Assembly: GCA_029253045.1 (NCBI GenBank)
Contig: JAQXAG010000075.1
Location: 1-41,340, forward strand
Reading direction: 5' to 3'
Length of the DNA: 41,340 bases
Source: Fidelibacterota bacterium
GTDB lineage: Bacteria > Fidelibacterota > Marinisomatia > Marinisomatales > Marinisomataceae
Position 1 is the stretch's first letter, and every line of letters begins with the position of its first letter. Shown here one piece after another: positions 17,934 to 27,652 of this stretch. The position numbers and the translations under genes are program-made. The notes under the pieces were generated by a model that saw nothing but the letters and a program-made list of their open reading frames with translations, had not been told where the DNA came from and searched no databases.

Positions 17934-18874
17934 AATATTCCTAAAAATCCTACTATAACCATTACTAATAATAGCTGAATTCTCAATTTATTGATTCTAA
18001 TTGAATTAGCATACATTTTGAATTGATCTTTTGCAATATTATCAAAGTCAAAAGACCATACTAATAATCCGTCTGAATTAGACTGAGCATTATTGCTACG
18101 AATTACACCAGGTAAATTGATATTGAATTGAAAGTAATCATTCATTAATTCTGTGTTTTTTAAAAAATCTGCCTCATATTTATCTACAAAAATCTTCATG
18201 TCTTGAAAAAAATTTCTTGGGAGTGTCGTTGAAATAGGCTTTAAGGCATCTTTTAAAATTATTGATGAATTTTTATCAAACTTATCTGTCAACTCTCTTT
18301 CTTCAGCATAACTAAAATATGAATCTATTTGGTTATTAACTCTTTCTACAAAAATGATGTTCAGGTCAGCTTGTTTATCATACTCTGTTAAGCTTTTTTT
18401 AATAATATACTTTTTAGCTGGGACAATCCATGATAAAGAGTCAGCTTCTATATCTAAATATTCAACAATAGAGGGATATTTTTTATCAATAGCTAAGCTA
18501 TTCACAGTTGATTTAAAGCTATACCTATCCCAAAAAAAATATCCTTTTTTGACTACGTCTATACTGTAGATTAAGCTTTGGCTGTCAGTGAAGCTCATTT
18601 TTTTATTTATAGGTTCGGTGCTAATAGTTTCTTTTTCCCAGTTGAGATTTTTAGAAATGACATCTTTTTCATCTAAGAAGGTCATAGTAGTTGCCCATTT
18701 AACTAATTCTGAATTTTTAGGGTGTACAAAGTCTTTGTTTTCTAAATCAATCTTATCACCAATAGAGTTATATTTAATAGAGTACTTTCCATCTGGTAGT
18801 ACAGATATATGTATTAAGTTTTCAACGCATGCTGTCATTAGCATGCATACTATTAATAAGAATACTCTTTTCAT
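17906..18874 (-). CDS. Hypothetical lipoprotein with C-terminal membrane anchor (LppM/DUF3153-like architecture)
   Basis: Signal with MTA-C lipobox; 'INLPGVIRSNNA...LVWSF' near the C-terminus, then a TM helix and basic tail. Confidence 0.6.
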   Translation of the reverse strand: MKRVFLLIVCMLMTACVENLIHISVLPDGKYSIKYNSIGDKIDLENKDFVHPKNSELVKWATTMTFLDEKDVISKNLNWEKETISTEPINKKMSFTDSQSLIYSIDVVKKGYFFWDRYSFKSTVNSLAIDKKYPSIVEYLDIEADSLSWIVPAKKYIIKKSLTEYDKQADLNIIFVERVNNQIDSYFSYAEERELTDKFDKNSSIILKDALKPISTTLPRNFFQDMKIFVDKYEADFLKNTELMNDYFQFNINLPGVIRSNNAQSNSDGLLVWSFDFDNIAKDQFKMYANSIRINKLRIQLLLVMVIVGFLGILWNQKLKKR

Positions 18875-18878
18875 TATT

Positions 18879-19967
18879 TTATGAAATTACTGTGAAATCT
18901 TTAGATGTCTTGTTAAGTACAATACAGCCATCATCTGTAACAACGATATCATCTTCGATACGTACACCACCTACATCTTCAATATATATACCAGGCTCCA
19001 CTGTCATGACATAGTTAGGCTTTAGTATATCTGTACTAACCTTACTGAATCTGGGATCTTCATGAATTTCAAGACCTAATGAGTGACCCAATCCATGGTC
19101 AAAGTATTTACCATATCCGGCATCAGTAATATGTGCTCGTGCAATTGTATCAATTCCTTTACATGAGGCTCCAGCTTTAATTCCTTCAATACTTTTGAGT
19201 TGAGCTTCTAAAACGATATGATAAATTTCTTTTTGTTGTTCTGAATATCCTTTCGTGGCTACTGTACGAGTCATGTCTGCGTGGTAACCTGCATATTTTG
19301 CTCCAGAATCAATAACAACCAATTCTCCTGAACCAATTTTCTTGTCCGTTGGCCTTTGATGAGGCATAGCTGAATGGGGTCCACTACCAACAATTGGTGA
19401 GAATGCATCTGCGTCCGCATCTCCGTACTTACGGTATAGAAATGATAATTGATTAGCAATTTCCTGCTCTTCTACTCCAATTTTGATCATTGGAAGTACT
19501 TCTGCAAATGCCTTGTCTGTTATTTCTACTGCTGTTTTAAGTGCTTCAATTTCCTTGTTATCCTTTTCCATTGCTAGAGTTTCTACACATCCAATTATAT
19601 TTTCCCACTTTACGTGGGGCAAAATATTACTGATTTCAGAAAACATTTGATGGGAAACATTTTTGCCGTCAAATCCTATAGTTAATCCACTAGACAGAAA
19701 GTTGTTATTTTTGATTACTTGCAAGTGGGGAATGCTATCGATTGTAATATTAGCGCCCCTTACTTCATTCTTAGATTGAACAACATATCTGCCATCTGTA
19801 ATAAACTCGCAAGTGTCTGGGCCCATCAATAAAGAACCACTAGATCCACCGAATCCACATAGATATTTAATGTGTATCAGGTTAGTAATTAACATCCCAT
19901 CAACTTTTTTTTCTGCTAGCACTGCACGCAACTTATCTTGTCTTCTTATAAAATATTCTGCACTCAT
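18879..19967 (-). CDS. M24B Xaa-Pro aminopeptidase/prolidase
   Basis: Creatinase-like N-domain (TDGRY); metal ligands in IDSG, ADMTRT, HGLGHSLGLEIHE, TVEPGIY, GVRIEDD. Confidence 0.93.
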   Translation of the reverse strand: MSAEYFIRRQDKLRAVLAEKKVDGMLITNLIHIKYLCGFGGSSGSLLMGPDTCEFITDGRYVVQSKNEVRGANITIDSIPHLQVIKNNNFLSSGLTIGFDGKNVSHQMFSEISNILPHVKWENIIGCVETLAMEKDNKEIEALKTAVEITDKAFAEVLPMIKIGVEEQEIANQLSFLYRKYGDADADAFSPIVGSGPHSAMPHQRPTDKKIGSGELVVIDSGAKYAGYHADMTRTVATKGYSEQQKEIYHIVLEAQLKSIEGIKAGASCKGIDTIARAHITDAGYGKYFDHGLGHSLGLEIHEDPRFSKVSTDILKPNYVMTVEPGIYIEDVGGVRIEDDIVVTDDGCIVLNKTSKDFTVIS

Positions 19968-20392
19968 TTTTGGTCCTTTTTTTGATTAAGATTTTGTAAT
20001 ATTTTTTTGGCTTCTAAAATTTGTTTCTTTGATTTTCCATGATTTACAATAGCATTCAAATTTCTTTTTGCTTGAACAGTCTTGCCTTGCTGTATCATTA
20101 ATTTGATATATGATATAGTAACTAGAGCTGTATTTTTTCTAATTTTTTTAGGCTTAGATACTATCTTATAATCAAGAACAATTTCTGGATTAATTCTTTT
20201 TAATTCTTTAACGACTTCCTTGAACAGGGGAGGTTGTGATTTATTTAATATTTCAAATAATAAAAGATAAGCAGCATAATAATTTGTATCATGCTCAATA
20301 ACTGATATAAGATGTTTTTTTGCTTCTGTAAATTTTTTATTATTAAATGCTTTTTCGCCTTTAAGATAAGTAGTGTGGATATTTGAAATCAT
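19964..20392 (-). CDS. Hypothetical basic protein with TPR-like helical repeats
   Basis: 'GEKAFNNKKFTEAKKHL...AAYLLL' and 'KLMIQQGKTVQAK' are TPR-like; overlaps both neighbours by 4 bp. Confidence 0.6.
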   Translation of the reverse strand: MISNIHTTYLKGEKAFNNKKFTEAKKHLISVIEHDTNYYAAYLLLFEILNKSQPPLFKEVVKELKRINPEIVLDYKIVSKPKKIRKNTALVTISYIKLMIQQGKTVQAKRNLNAIVNHGKSKKQILEAKKILQNLNQKKDQK

Positions 20393-20799
20393 CTTCGATT
20401 TTCTTTAACCCATTTTTCAATATAATCTAAAGACATTTGAACGGGTGTCCCAGGTCCAAATAATTCTCCCACACCGAGCTTAGCAAGCGCCTCACTATCT
20501 TCTTTTGGAATAATACCACCGCCTGTAACTAAAACATTATTTAAGTTAGAAGACTTGATCAAGTTCATCACCTTGGTAAAGATTGTCATGTGTGCACCTG
20601 ATAAAATAGACAGCGCTATTACGTCTGCACCTTCTTGTATTGCCACCCTAACAATACTTTCAGGAGTTTGGCGAAGCCCTAGATAGATAACATCCATCCC
20701 AGCATCGCGATATGCCGCAGCCAAGACTTTAATGCCTCTATCGTGACCATCGAGACCTGGCTTTGCCATTAAGATTCTAATTGGTGGTTTTAAGCTCAT
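20389..20799 (-). CDS. Stand-alone cobalamin-binding subunit of an acyl-CoA mutase (methylmalonyl-CoA mutase C-terminal domain)
   Basis: KPGLDGHDRG (DxHxxG), LSILSGAH, GGGIIP, FGPGT. Confidence 0.93.
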   Translation of the reverse strand: MSLKPPIRILMAKPGLDGHDRGIKVLAAAYRDAGMDVIYLGLRQTPESIVRVAIQEGADVIALSILSGAHMTIFTKVMNLIKSSNLNNVLVTGGGIIPKEDSEALAKLGVGELFGPGTPVQMSLDYIEKWVKENRR

Positions 20800-20811
20800 A
20801 ATAGATATAAT

Positions 20812-23800
20812 TTAACTAATCCAGACGTTTGATTCCCCTAATAAATCTCTTAGCATAATAAGAAAATGATTACTGCTAGATACTCTAATTTTTTTTGATA
20901 TAATTCTACGGGAAGATCCGTCTTCATTGTTCATATGTACTACAAATAAGCTTTGACCCAAATTTTCAGTAGCGTGCTTATACACCTCATCTATAGTATC
21001 TTTAGTAACATTTTTTCCTATTTTTATATTAATCTCTTTTAGCTTTAATACTTTTTTGGCATGATTAATAGGAACAACTTCATCTACTATAATCTTTAAA
21101 TCAGAAAAGTCGTTTTGTGACGTAGAATTACCAACTAAGAATACAATATTACCCTCACTGATAATTTCTTTATACTTTTCAAAAGCATCATGAAATATAA
21201 TTGATTCAACCTGACCTCCTAAACAATCTAAATTAAAAAAGGCCATAGGTTGATTTTTCTTGTCATAATGAAGCTTGAAACTAGAAACTGCTCCTCCGAT
21301 TCTAATCAAGCTATTTTCTTTCAGATATTTTTTCTCAGTGAAATCATAGTTACTCAACTCTTCAAGGATATCAGCATATTTTAGAAGTGGGTTACCAGAT
21401 ACATACAAACCTAATACTTCTTTTTCTTTTTTTAGCTTATCCTGATTTTTCCAATCTTCTATTGTCGGTAGGTCAGGCTGCTTAACTAAATCTTCTTCAT
21501 CTGAAAATAAATCAATTTGATTTTTATTTGATGCCTTATCTACTTGTTGCCCATAGCTAATAGCACTATCTACAGATTCAAATAGCTGGGCTCTATTTGA
21601 AGAAATAGTATCAAATGCGCCTGCTAATATAAGACTTTCTAACACCTTTTTATTTACTAAGCGTTGGTCAACTTTTGTTACAAAATCAAATATTGACGTA
21701 AATTCTCCTTGTTCTTTTCGGGCTTTAATACATTGTTCTAGAGCTTTAATTCCTACATTTTTAATAGCGTTCAACCCAAATGAGATTTCTTTATCATTTA
21801 TTGGGATAAAATCGATATCAGACTTATTGATATCTGGAGCATTAACTTTAATTTTTAACTTTCGACATTCATTGATTAGTACAACAACTCTATTAGTATT
21901 TGTCATTTCACTTGTTAAATTAGCGGACATAAATTCTGCTGTATAGTGTGTTTTTAGCCAACCAGTTTGATATGCAATATAAGAATAGGCCACTGAATGG
22001 CTTTTATTAAAACCATATTGTGCAAATTTATCAATTAATTCAAAAATTTGTTTTGCCTTTGCTTTTGTTAAGCCATTCTTAATTGCACCTTCAACAAATT
22101 TTTCTGCCATCTTATCCATTAAGGAGCGAATTTTCTTACCAATAGCTCTTCTCATTTCATCTGCTTCTGAAAGAGTAAATCCTGCTATAATATTAGCAAT
22201 TTGCATTACTTGCTCTTGGTATACTATAATCCCATGTGTTTCTTTTAAAGCTTCTTCGAGTAAGGGGTGAACATACTCTACCTTTTCTTCCCCGTGAGAT
22301 CTTTTAATATATCGATCAATATTTTGCATTGGTCCAGGCCTATATAGTGCGTTCATAGCAACTAGACCCTCGATACCTGTTGGTTTCAATTTCTTAAGGA
22401 AGTCTCGCATCCCCGCAGATTCAAACTGAAAGATTCCAACAGTTAATCCTTTTGCAAAAAGATCATATACCTTAGCATCATCCATCGGTATCATATTAAT
22501 ATCAATATCTTTATCAAATCTTTCCTTAATTAATTCTAATGCTTTATCAATAACTGTAAGATTTCTGAGGCCTAAAAAGTCCATTTTTAACAGACCCACC
22601 GATTCTAGTTCTTTCATATCATACTGTGAAGTCACGTCGCCCTGTGAAGATTTGTATAAAGGCACAAAATCAGTTAGATCTCCTGGCGCAACTACTACTC
22701 CAGCAGCATGGATTGATGCATGCCTTGTCATTCCTTCTAAAATCTTGGCATTATCTAATAAATCTTTATGTGATGTTTGAGAAGCAGTTCGTAGCTCTGA
22801 ACTTTGCTTTAATGCTTTGTCTAGCGTAATATTTGGACCTTCAGGAATCATTTTTGCGATGCCGTCAACTTCAGAATAAGGATAGCTCATAACACGTCCT
22901 ACATCTCTGATCACTCCACGTGCTTGCATTTTACCGAACGTAATAATTTGTGTTACAGAGTCGTCGCCATATATGCTTTTAATATAATCAATTACTTGAC
23001 CTCTACGCTCAACACAGAAGTCGATGTCAATATCGGGCATACTAATTCTATCAGGGTTCAAAAAACGTTCAAAAATTAAGTTATGTTTTAGTGGATCAAT
23101 ATTGGTGATGTCTAGGCAATATGAAACAAGACTTCCAGGAGCAGATCCTCTACCCGGACCTACTGGAATTCTGTTTTTTTTAGCATACTGCACAAAGTCT
23201 GCTGTAATTAAGAAGTAGCTTGCAAAACCCATTTTCTTAATCACTGATAGCTCATATGCTAATCTTGTGTCCATTTCTTCAGTATGATGAACAAATTTTT
23301 GCTTCATGCCTTCTTTGCATAATTTTTCTAAATATCCATCTACGTCTTTTGCATCAGAGCCTTCCGGAATTTTAAACCACGGAAGGTGGTATTCATCCAT
23401 AGGAATTTCTAGGTCGATACTGTCAGTTATTGCTCGCGTATTTTCTAAAGCTTGTGGAAATTCCTTAAATAAAGAAAACATTTCATCTTGTGATTTAAAA
23501 TAAAATTCATTTCCCGGATACTTTAATCTTTTAGTATCGCTCAATTGCTTTCCTGTTCCAATACATATATGAACATCGTGAGCAACATGGTGTTCTTTTC
23601 TAGCATAGTGCGCGTCATTTGTTGCAATAATTGGCAATCCCATATCTTTGGCTAATTTTGAAGCGAGTTCTATATTTCGTATTTCTTCTGGTATTCCATG
23701 ATTTTGTAATTCAATGTAATATCTTCCAGGAAAAATGCTTGAATATTCTTCTGCAACCGCCTGTCCTGTAGCATAACCACTATACAAAAGTGCTTCTGGT

Positions 23801-24234
23801 AAACTTCCTTTCAAACAGGCTGACATACAAATGATGCCTTCATTATATTTTTTTAAAATTTCTAAATCTACTCTTGGCTTGTAGTAAAAACCTTCAAGAT
23901 AGCCATGAGTTACAATTTTCATGAGATTTTTGTAGCCTTGCAAGTTTTGAGCTATGAGAACTAAGTGATTATAATTGCCCATACCGCCAGACTTGTCTCT
24001 GATTAGACTACTGCCTTTTGCAACATAAACTTCGCAACCAATAATAGGTTTGATATTGTTTTTTTTTGCCTGCTTATAAAATGAAATTGCCCCAAATAAA
24101 TTTCCATGCTCAGTTAGTGCTACTGAGTCCATACTGAGATCGTCCATTCTCTCTAATATAGAATTGACATTTTGTGCTCCATCTAATAGGCTATGGTCTG
24201 AATGGTTATGTAAATGTATAAATTCGCTTTTCAT
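20812..24234 (-). CDS. dnaE: DNA polymerase III alpha subunit
   Basis: HLHNHS..SLLDG PHP domain, GPGRGSA, FERFLNPDRISMPDIDIDF, KMDFLGL, YGFNKSHS, OB fold; no intein-sized insertion. Confidence 0.98.
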   Translation of the reverse strand: MKSEFIHLHNHSDHSLLDGAQNVNSILERMDDLSMDSVALTEHGNLFGAISFYKQAKKNNIKPIIGCEVYVAKGSSLIRDKSGGMGNYNHLVLIAQNLQGYKNLMKIVTHGYLEGFYYKPRVDLEILKKYNEGIICMSACLKGSLPEALLYSGYATGQAVAEEYSSIFPGRYYIELQNHGIPEEIRNIELASKLAKDMGLPIIATNDAHYARKEHHVAHDVHICIGTGKQLSDTKRLKYPGNEFYFKSQDEMFSLFKEFPQALENTRAITDSIDLEIPMDEYHLPWFKIPEGSDAKDVDGYLEKLCKEGMKQKFVHHTEEMDTRLAYELSVIKKMGFASYFLITADFVQYAKKNRIPVGPGRGSAPGSLVSYCLDITNIDPLKHNLIFERFLNPDRISMPDIDIDFCVERRGQVIDYIKSIYGDDSVTQIITFGKMQARGVIRDVGRVMSYPYSEVDGIAKMIPEGPNITLDKALKQSSELRTASQTSHKDLLDNAKILEGMTRHASIHAAGVVVAPGDLTDFVPLYKSSQGDVTSQYDMKELESVGLLKMDFLGLRNLTVIDKALELIKERFDKDIDINMIPMDDAKVYDLFAKGLTVGIFQFESAGMRDFLKKLKPTGIEGLVAMNALYRPGPMQNIDRYIKRSHGEEKVEYVHPLLEEALKETHGIIVYQEQVMQIANIIAGFTLSEADEMRRAIGKKIRSLMDKMAEKFVEGAIKNGLTKAKAKQIFELIDKFAQYGFNKSHSVAYSYIAYQTGWLKTHYTAEFMSANLTSEMTNTNRVVVLINECRKLKIKVNAPDINKSDIDFIPINDKEISFGLNAIKNVGIKALEQCIKARKEQGEFTSIFDFVTKVDQRLVNKKVLESLILAGAFDTISSNRAQLFESVDSAISYGQQVDKASNKNQIDLFSDEEDLVKQPDLPTIEDWKNQDKLKKEKEVLGLYVSGNPLLKYADILEELSNYDFTEKKYLKENSLIRIGGAVSSFKLHYDKKNQPMAFFNLDCLGGQVESIIFHDAFEKYKEIISEGNIVFLVGNSTSQNDFSDLKIIVDEVVPINHAKKVLKLKEINIKIGKNVTKDTIDEVYKHATENLGQSLFVVHMNNEDGSSRRIISKKIRVSSSNHFLIMLRDLLGESNVWIS

Positions 24235-25088
24235 TATTTTCTAAAAAATACCTTTATTACTCTTTTATTTCTTTCTAAATCTTTAAAAATTATACTCTCA
24301 ATATTGCTATTATTACTAATCATATCAATGATTTGATTGGTAATCTGAGATTTAGGGATTTCAAAATACATCGCACCATCAATTTTTAGCAAGTCAAATA
24401 AATTATTTATAAAATATTTATAAAATTTTAATCCATCTTCTTTATCTGACAAAGCATTCAATGGGTCATGATTCTTCACTGCACTATCTAGCAATGGAAT
24501 CTCATTAATATCAAGATAAGGTGGGTTACTTACTATAATATCAAATTTTTTAGGCTTCATATTAAAAATATCCTGCTTGATAATATTTATATTACTCACC
24601 TTTAGGCTAATTGCATTTTTGGTCGCAACTTCAATTGCCTTATCTGATATATCAATACCTGTTACTTTAAAACTCTTATAAAGATTGGCAATACTAATCC
24701 CTATGCATCCACTACCACATCCTATATCAAGCACTGTTTTGGGCGGCTCATCTTTAAAATCATTTTTAATACAGTCAATTAATAATTCTGTTTCTGGCCT
24801 TGGTATAAAAATACCTGGTGGAGTCAAAAAACAATCTTGATAAAAGTAAGTTTTCCCGATTATATGCTGTACTGGCATATCTTCTAATAAAAGCGAAAAT
24901 GCTGCTTCTAACTTCTGTACTTGTTTATCGGATATAAAAAAATCGTTAGTATATAGTTCAGCTTTTGGTATTTCTAAGAGATCATCAATAATCATTTCTG
25001 ACTTCTGTTTATACTCGTCTATTTGTTTTTTCTTAAGATCTACTAGCTTCTTATTTAAAAAATCAATCAAGAGATAATTAGAAGGCAT
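24234..25088 (-). CDS. prmC: Release factor glutamine methyltransferase PrmC/HemK
   Basis: IFIPRPETE, DIGCGSGCIG, VSNPPY, DGL.FY; directly follows prfA. I chose the ATG at 25088 (just after the prfA stop) over the track start at 25118. Confidence 0.9.
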   Translation of the reverse strand: MPSNYLLIDFLNKKLVDLKKKQIDEYKQKSEMIIDDLLEIPKAELYTNDFFISDKQVQKLEAAFSLLLEDMPVQHIIGKTYFYQDCFLTPPGIFIPRPETELLIDCIKNDFKDEPPKTVLDIGCGSGCIGISIANLYKSFKVTGIDISDKAIEVATKNAISLKVSNINIIKQDIFNMKPKKFDIIVSNPPYLDINEIPLLDSAVKNHDPLNALSDKEDGLKFYKYFINNLFDLLKIDGAMYFEIPKSQITNQIIDMISNNSNIESIIFKDLERNKRVIKVFFRK

Positions 25089-25089
25089 A

Positions 25090-26148
25090 TCAATTAATCT
25101 TAGAGTTGTCCTCTGCAAGTTTTAATTGCTCTATAATATGATCTAGATCTCCTTCTAGAGTAACTTGTAGTTTATGGGTGGTATAATTTATTCTGTGGTC
25201 AGTAATGCGCCCTTGAGGAAAGTTATACGTTCTAATTTTTGCTGAACGGTCACCTGTAGAAACTAAACTTTTGCGCATTTCATCTCTGTCTTTATTAAGC
25301 TTTTCTTGCTCAAGTGCAAATAGTCTTGCTCTCATAACTTTAAGTGCTGAGGCTTTATTTTTGTGCTGTGACGCCTGATCTTGACATGTCACAACCAAGC
25401 CTGTAGGAATATGTGTGAGGCGGATAGCAGATTCTGTTTTATTAACATGTTGACCCCCAGCGCCACTAGCACGATATGTATCGACTTTAATATCTGTTGC
25501 TTCATTAATATCTAGCTCTGCTTTTTCTGCCTCCGGTAATACTGCTACTGTAGCTGCTGATGTATGAACCCTTCCTCCAGATTCTGTTTTTGGAATTCTT
25601 TGAACACGGTGCACACCTCCTTCATACTTATAAATACCGTATGCTTTATGTCCTTCTACACTAAAAATTACGGACTTTAAACCCCCCACGCCTGTTTCAT
25701 GAATATCCATTATATTAATAGAAAGATTATTTTTTTCAGCATACCTAGAATACATTCTAAATAAATCTGCTGCAAATAAAGCGGCTTCGTCTCCGCCGGT
25801 ACCAGCTCTTAACTCAATAATAGCGCTTTTATTGTCGTTGGGATCGTCAGTAATTAATATTTTAATAAGTGCATTTTCAATTAAATTTAACTTGCTACTA
25901 ATAGCCTCTTTTTCTTCTTTAACTAAATCTGCGTACCCTTCTTCGCCGTCTAAGGCATCCAGTTCTTTATTTTCATTAGTAAGTGCAACAAACTTTACAC
26001 TTAAATCATATACTTCTTGAATAGAACTTTTTTGCTTTGAAAGGGAAGCTAGTTTTTCTTGATCTAGTACATTGGAAGGATCCATCATCTCTTGCATAAT
26101 ATTGTCATATTCTACAATAGTACTGTTTGCTTTAGATAAGATGTCCAT
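25090..26148 (-). CDS. prfA: Peptide chain release factor 1
   Basis: RAGTGGDEAALFA, PKT (PxT RF1 specificity motif), GAGGQHVN, RTYNFPQGRITDHRI. Confidence 0.97.
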   Translation of the reverse strand: MDILSKANSTIVEYDNIMQEMMDPSNVLDQEKLASLSKQKSSIQEVYDLSVKFVALTNENKELDALDGEEGYADLVKEEKEAISSKLNLIENALIKILITDDPNDNKSAIIELRAGTGGDEAALFAADLFRMYSRYAEKNNLSINIMDIHETGVGGLKSVIFSVEGHKAYGIYKYEGGVHRVQRIPKTESGGRVHTSAATVAVLPEAEKAELDINEATDIKVDTYRASGAGGQHVNKTESAIRLTHIPTGLVVTCQDQASQHKNKASALKVMRARLFALEQEKLNKDRDEMRKSLVSTGDRSAKIRTYNFPQGRITDHRINYTTHKLQVTLEGDLDHIIEQLKLAEDNSKIN

Positions 26149-26177
26149 AGACTAAAAATTTATTAATAAAAAAACGC

Positions 26178-26432
26178 TTAAGAAGCTTTTTTATTATACT
26201 TGCGGTTGAACTTCTCAATTCTTCCAGCAGTATCAACCAATGTACGTTGTCCTGTATAATATGGATGCGATTTATCAGAAATATCCAATTTATATAGTGG
26301 ATATTCTTTTCCGTCTTCCCATTTAACAGTTTTATCTGTTTTGACAGTAGATCGTGTCAAGAAAGAGTAGTTACATGAACTATCTTCGAAGACAACTAAT
26401 CTATATTCTTTTGAATGTGTATCTTTTTTCAT
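26178..26432 (-). CDS. rpmE2: 50S ribosomal protein L31 type B (zinc-free)
   Basis: 84 aa; YRLVVFED, FLTRST, W.DG.EYPL, SHPYYTG, GRIEKFNRKY; no CxC/CxxC pairs. Confidence 0.93.
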   Translation of the reverse strand: MKKDTHSKEYRLVVFEDSSCNYSFLTRSTVKTDKTVKWEDGKEYPLYKLDISDKSHPYYTGQRTLVDTAGRIEKFNRKYNKKAS

Positions 26433-27652
26433 TTTAATTCTTTTAAACTTTCTTCTATTCTTTTAATTCCAGCTTTGATGATTTCACTGCTTGTTGCGAA
26501 AGATAACCTTAAATAACCTTTTGCTCCAAAACCATCTCCTGCAACTGTAACTACACTTGCAGTGTCGAGAATATAATCAGAAAGGTCGAAAGTGTCGCGT
26601 AAAATTTTACCATCTTTTGTTGCCTTGTTTAGATAGGATGAAAAGTCGGGGAACATGTAAAAAGCGCCTCCTGGCATATCGCATGTTACACCGTCTAGAG
26701 CATTAAGCGCATCAAACATAACTTGACGTCTTTCTTGAAATTTATTTTTCATATCTAATACAGGTTGAGGGTCTCCTAACAGAGCTGCAACAGAAGCTTT
26801 TTGGCCAATCGCATTTGGACAGGATGTTGTTTGCCCTTGAATTTTTGACATTGCCTTTACAATCGCTTCATCTGCAATGGTATAGCCAATACGCCAGCCG
26901 GTCATAGCATATGTTTTTGACATACTTCTAATAGTTAAAACTTCAGCACCAATAGTATTCAAGCTATCAATGGCAGTGAACTCTCTATCATATACTAATT
27001 CTTCATATGTTTCATCAGAAATCACAATCCAGTTGTTTGCCTTGCTGATTTCTAACATCTTAGTAATTGCTTGATCTGACCAAACCCCTCCCGTAGGATT
27101 GCTTGGAGAGTTAATAATAACTCCTTTAATTGAAGAATCAATTTTTTTGAAATCATATCCACCCATAATTTTTTTATTTAAATCATCAAAATTAGGTTCA
27201 AATTGTTCAGATGGTAAGGTATCCACTAAAAGAGGCTCTGCCCCTGACAGCCTTACAAATTCTGGGAAAGACACCCAATATGGTGAAAAGATAATTACTT
27301 TGTCGCCTTCTTCAAATAATGCCTGGCAGGCTACTGATAACGATTGCTTACCTCCATTTGATACAATTATTTGTTTTGTATTATATAGGGTACCTGTAAC
27401 ATTTTTTACTTTTGTTTGGATCGCTTCTTTTAATTCTAACATCCCAGACCCTGGAGTATATTTAGTATAGCCATCTTCTATTGCTTTTTGACCTGCTTTT
27501 ATAATATGGGAAGGGGTATTAAAATCCGGCTCACCCACACCAAAGTTAATTACATCTACTCCTTTGGCTCGCAAAGCGGCAGCCCTTGCCGTCATCTGTA
27601 AGGTAAAAGATGGTTTAATTTTATCAACTAACCCTGATAACGATATTGGCAT
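26429..27652 (-). CDS. Class I/II PLP-dependent (aspartate-type) aminotransferase
   Basis: GEPDF, NSPSNPTG, SDETY, SMSKTYAMTGWRIGY, GAFY, LRLSFA. Confidence 0.93.
   Translation of the reverse strand: MPISLSGLVDKIKPSFTLQMTARAAALRAKGVDVINFGVGEPDFNTPSHIIKAGQKAIEDGYTKYTPGSGMLELKEAIQTKVKNVTGTLYNTKQIIVSNGGKQSLSVACQALFEEGDKVIIFSPYWVSFPEFVRLSGAEPLLVDTLPSEQFEPNFDDLNKKIMGGYDFKKIDSSIKGVIINSPSNPTGGVWSDQAITKMLEISKANNWIVISDETYEELVYDREFTAIDSLNTIGAEVLTIRSMSKTYAMTGWRIGYTIADEAIVKAMSKIQGQTTSCPNAIGQKASVAALLGDPQPVLDMKNKFQERRQVMFDALNALDGVTCDMPGGAFYMFPDFSSYLNKATKDGKILRDTFDLSDYILDTASVVTVAGDGFGAKGYLRLSFATSSEIIKAGIKRIEESLKELK

Noticed and set aside
25089-25118. N-terminal extension of prmC in the ORF track
   Set aside because: It overlaps the prfA end from a non-ATG start; the ATG at 25088 right after the prfA stop is more plausible.
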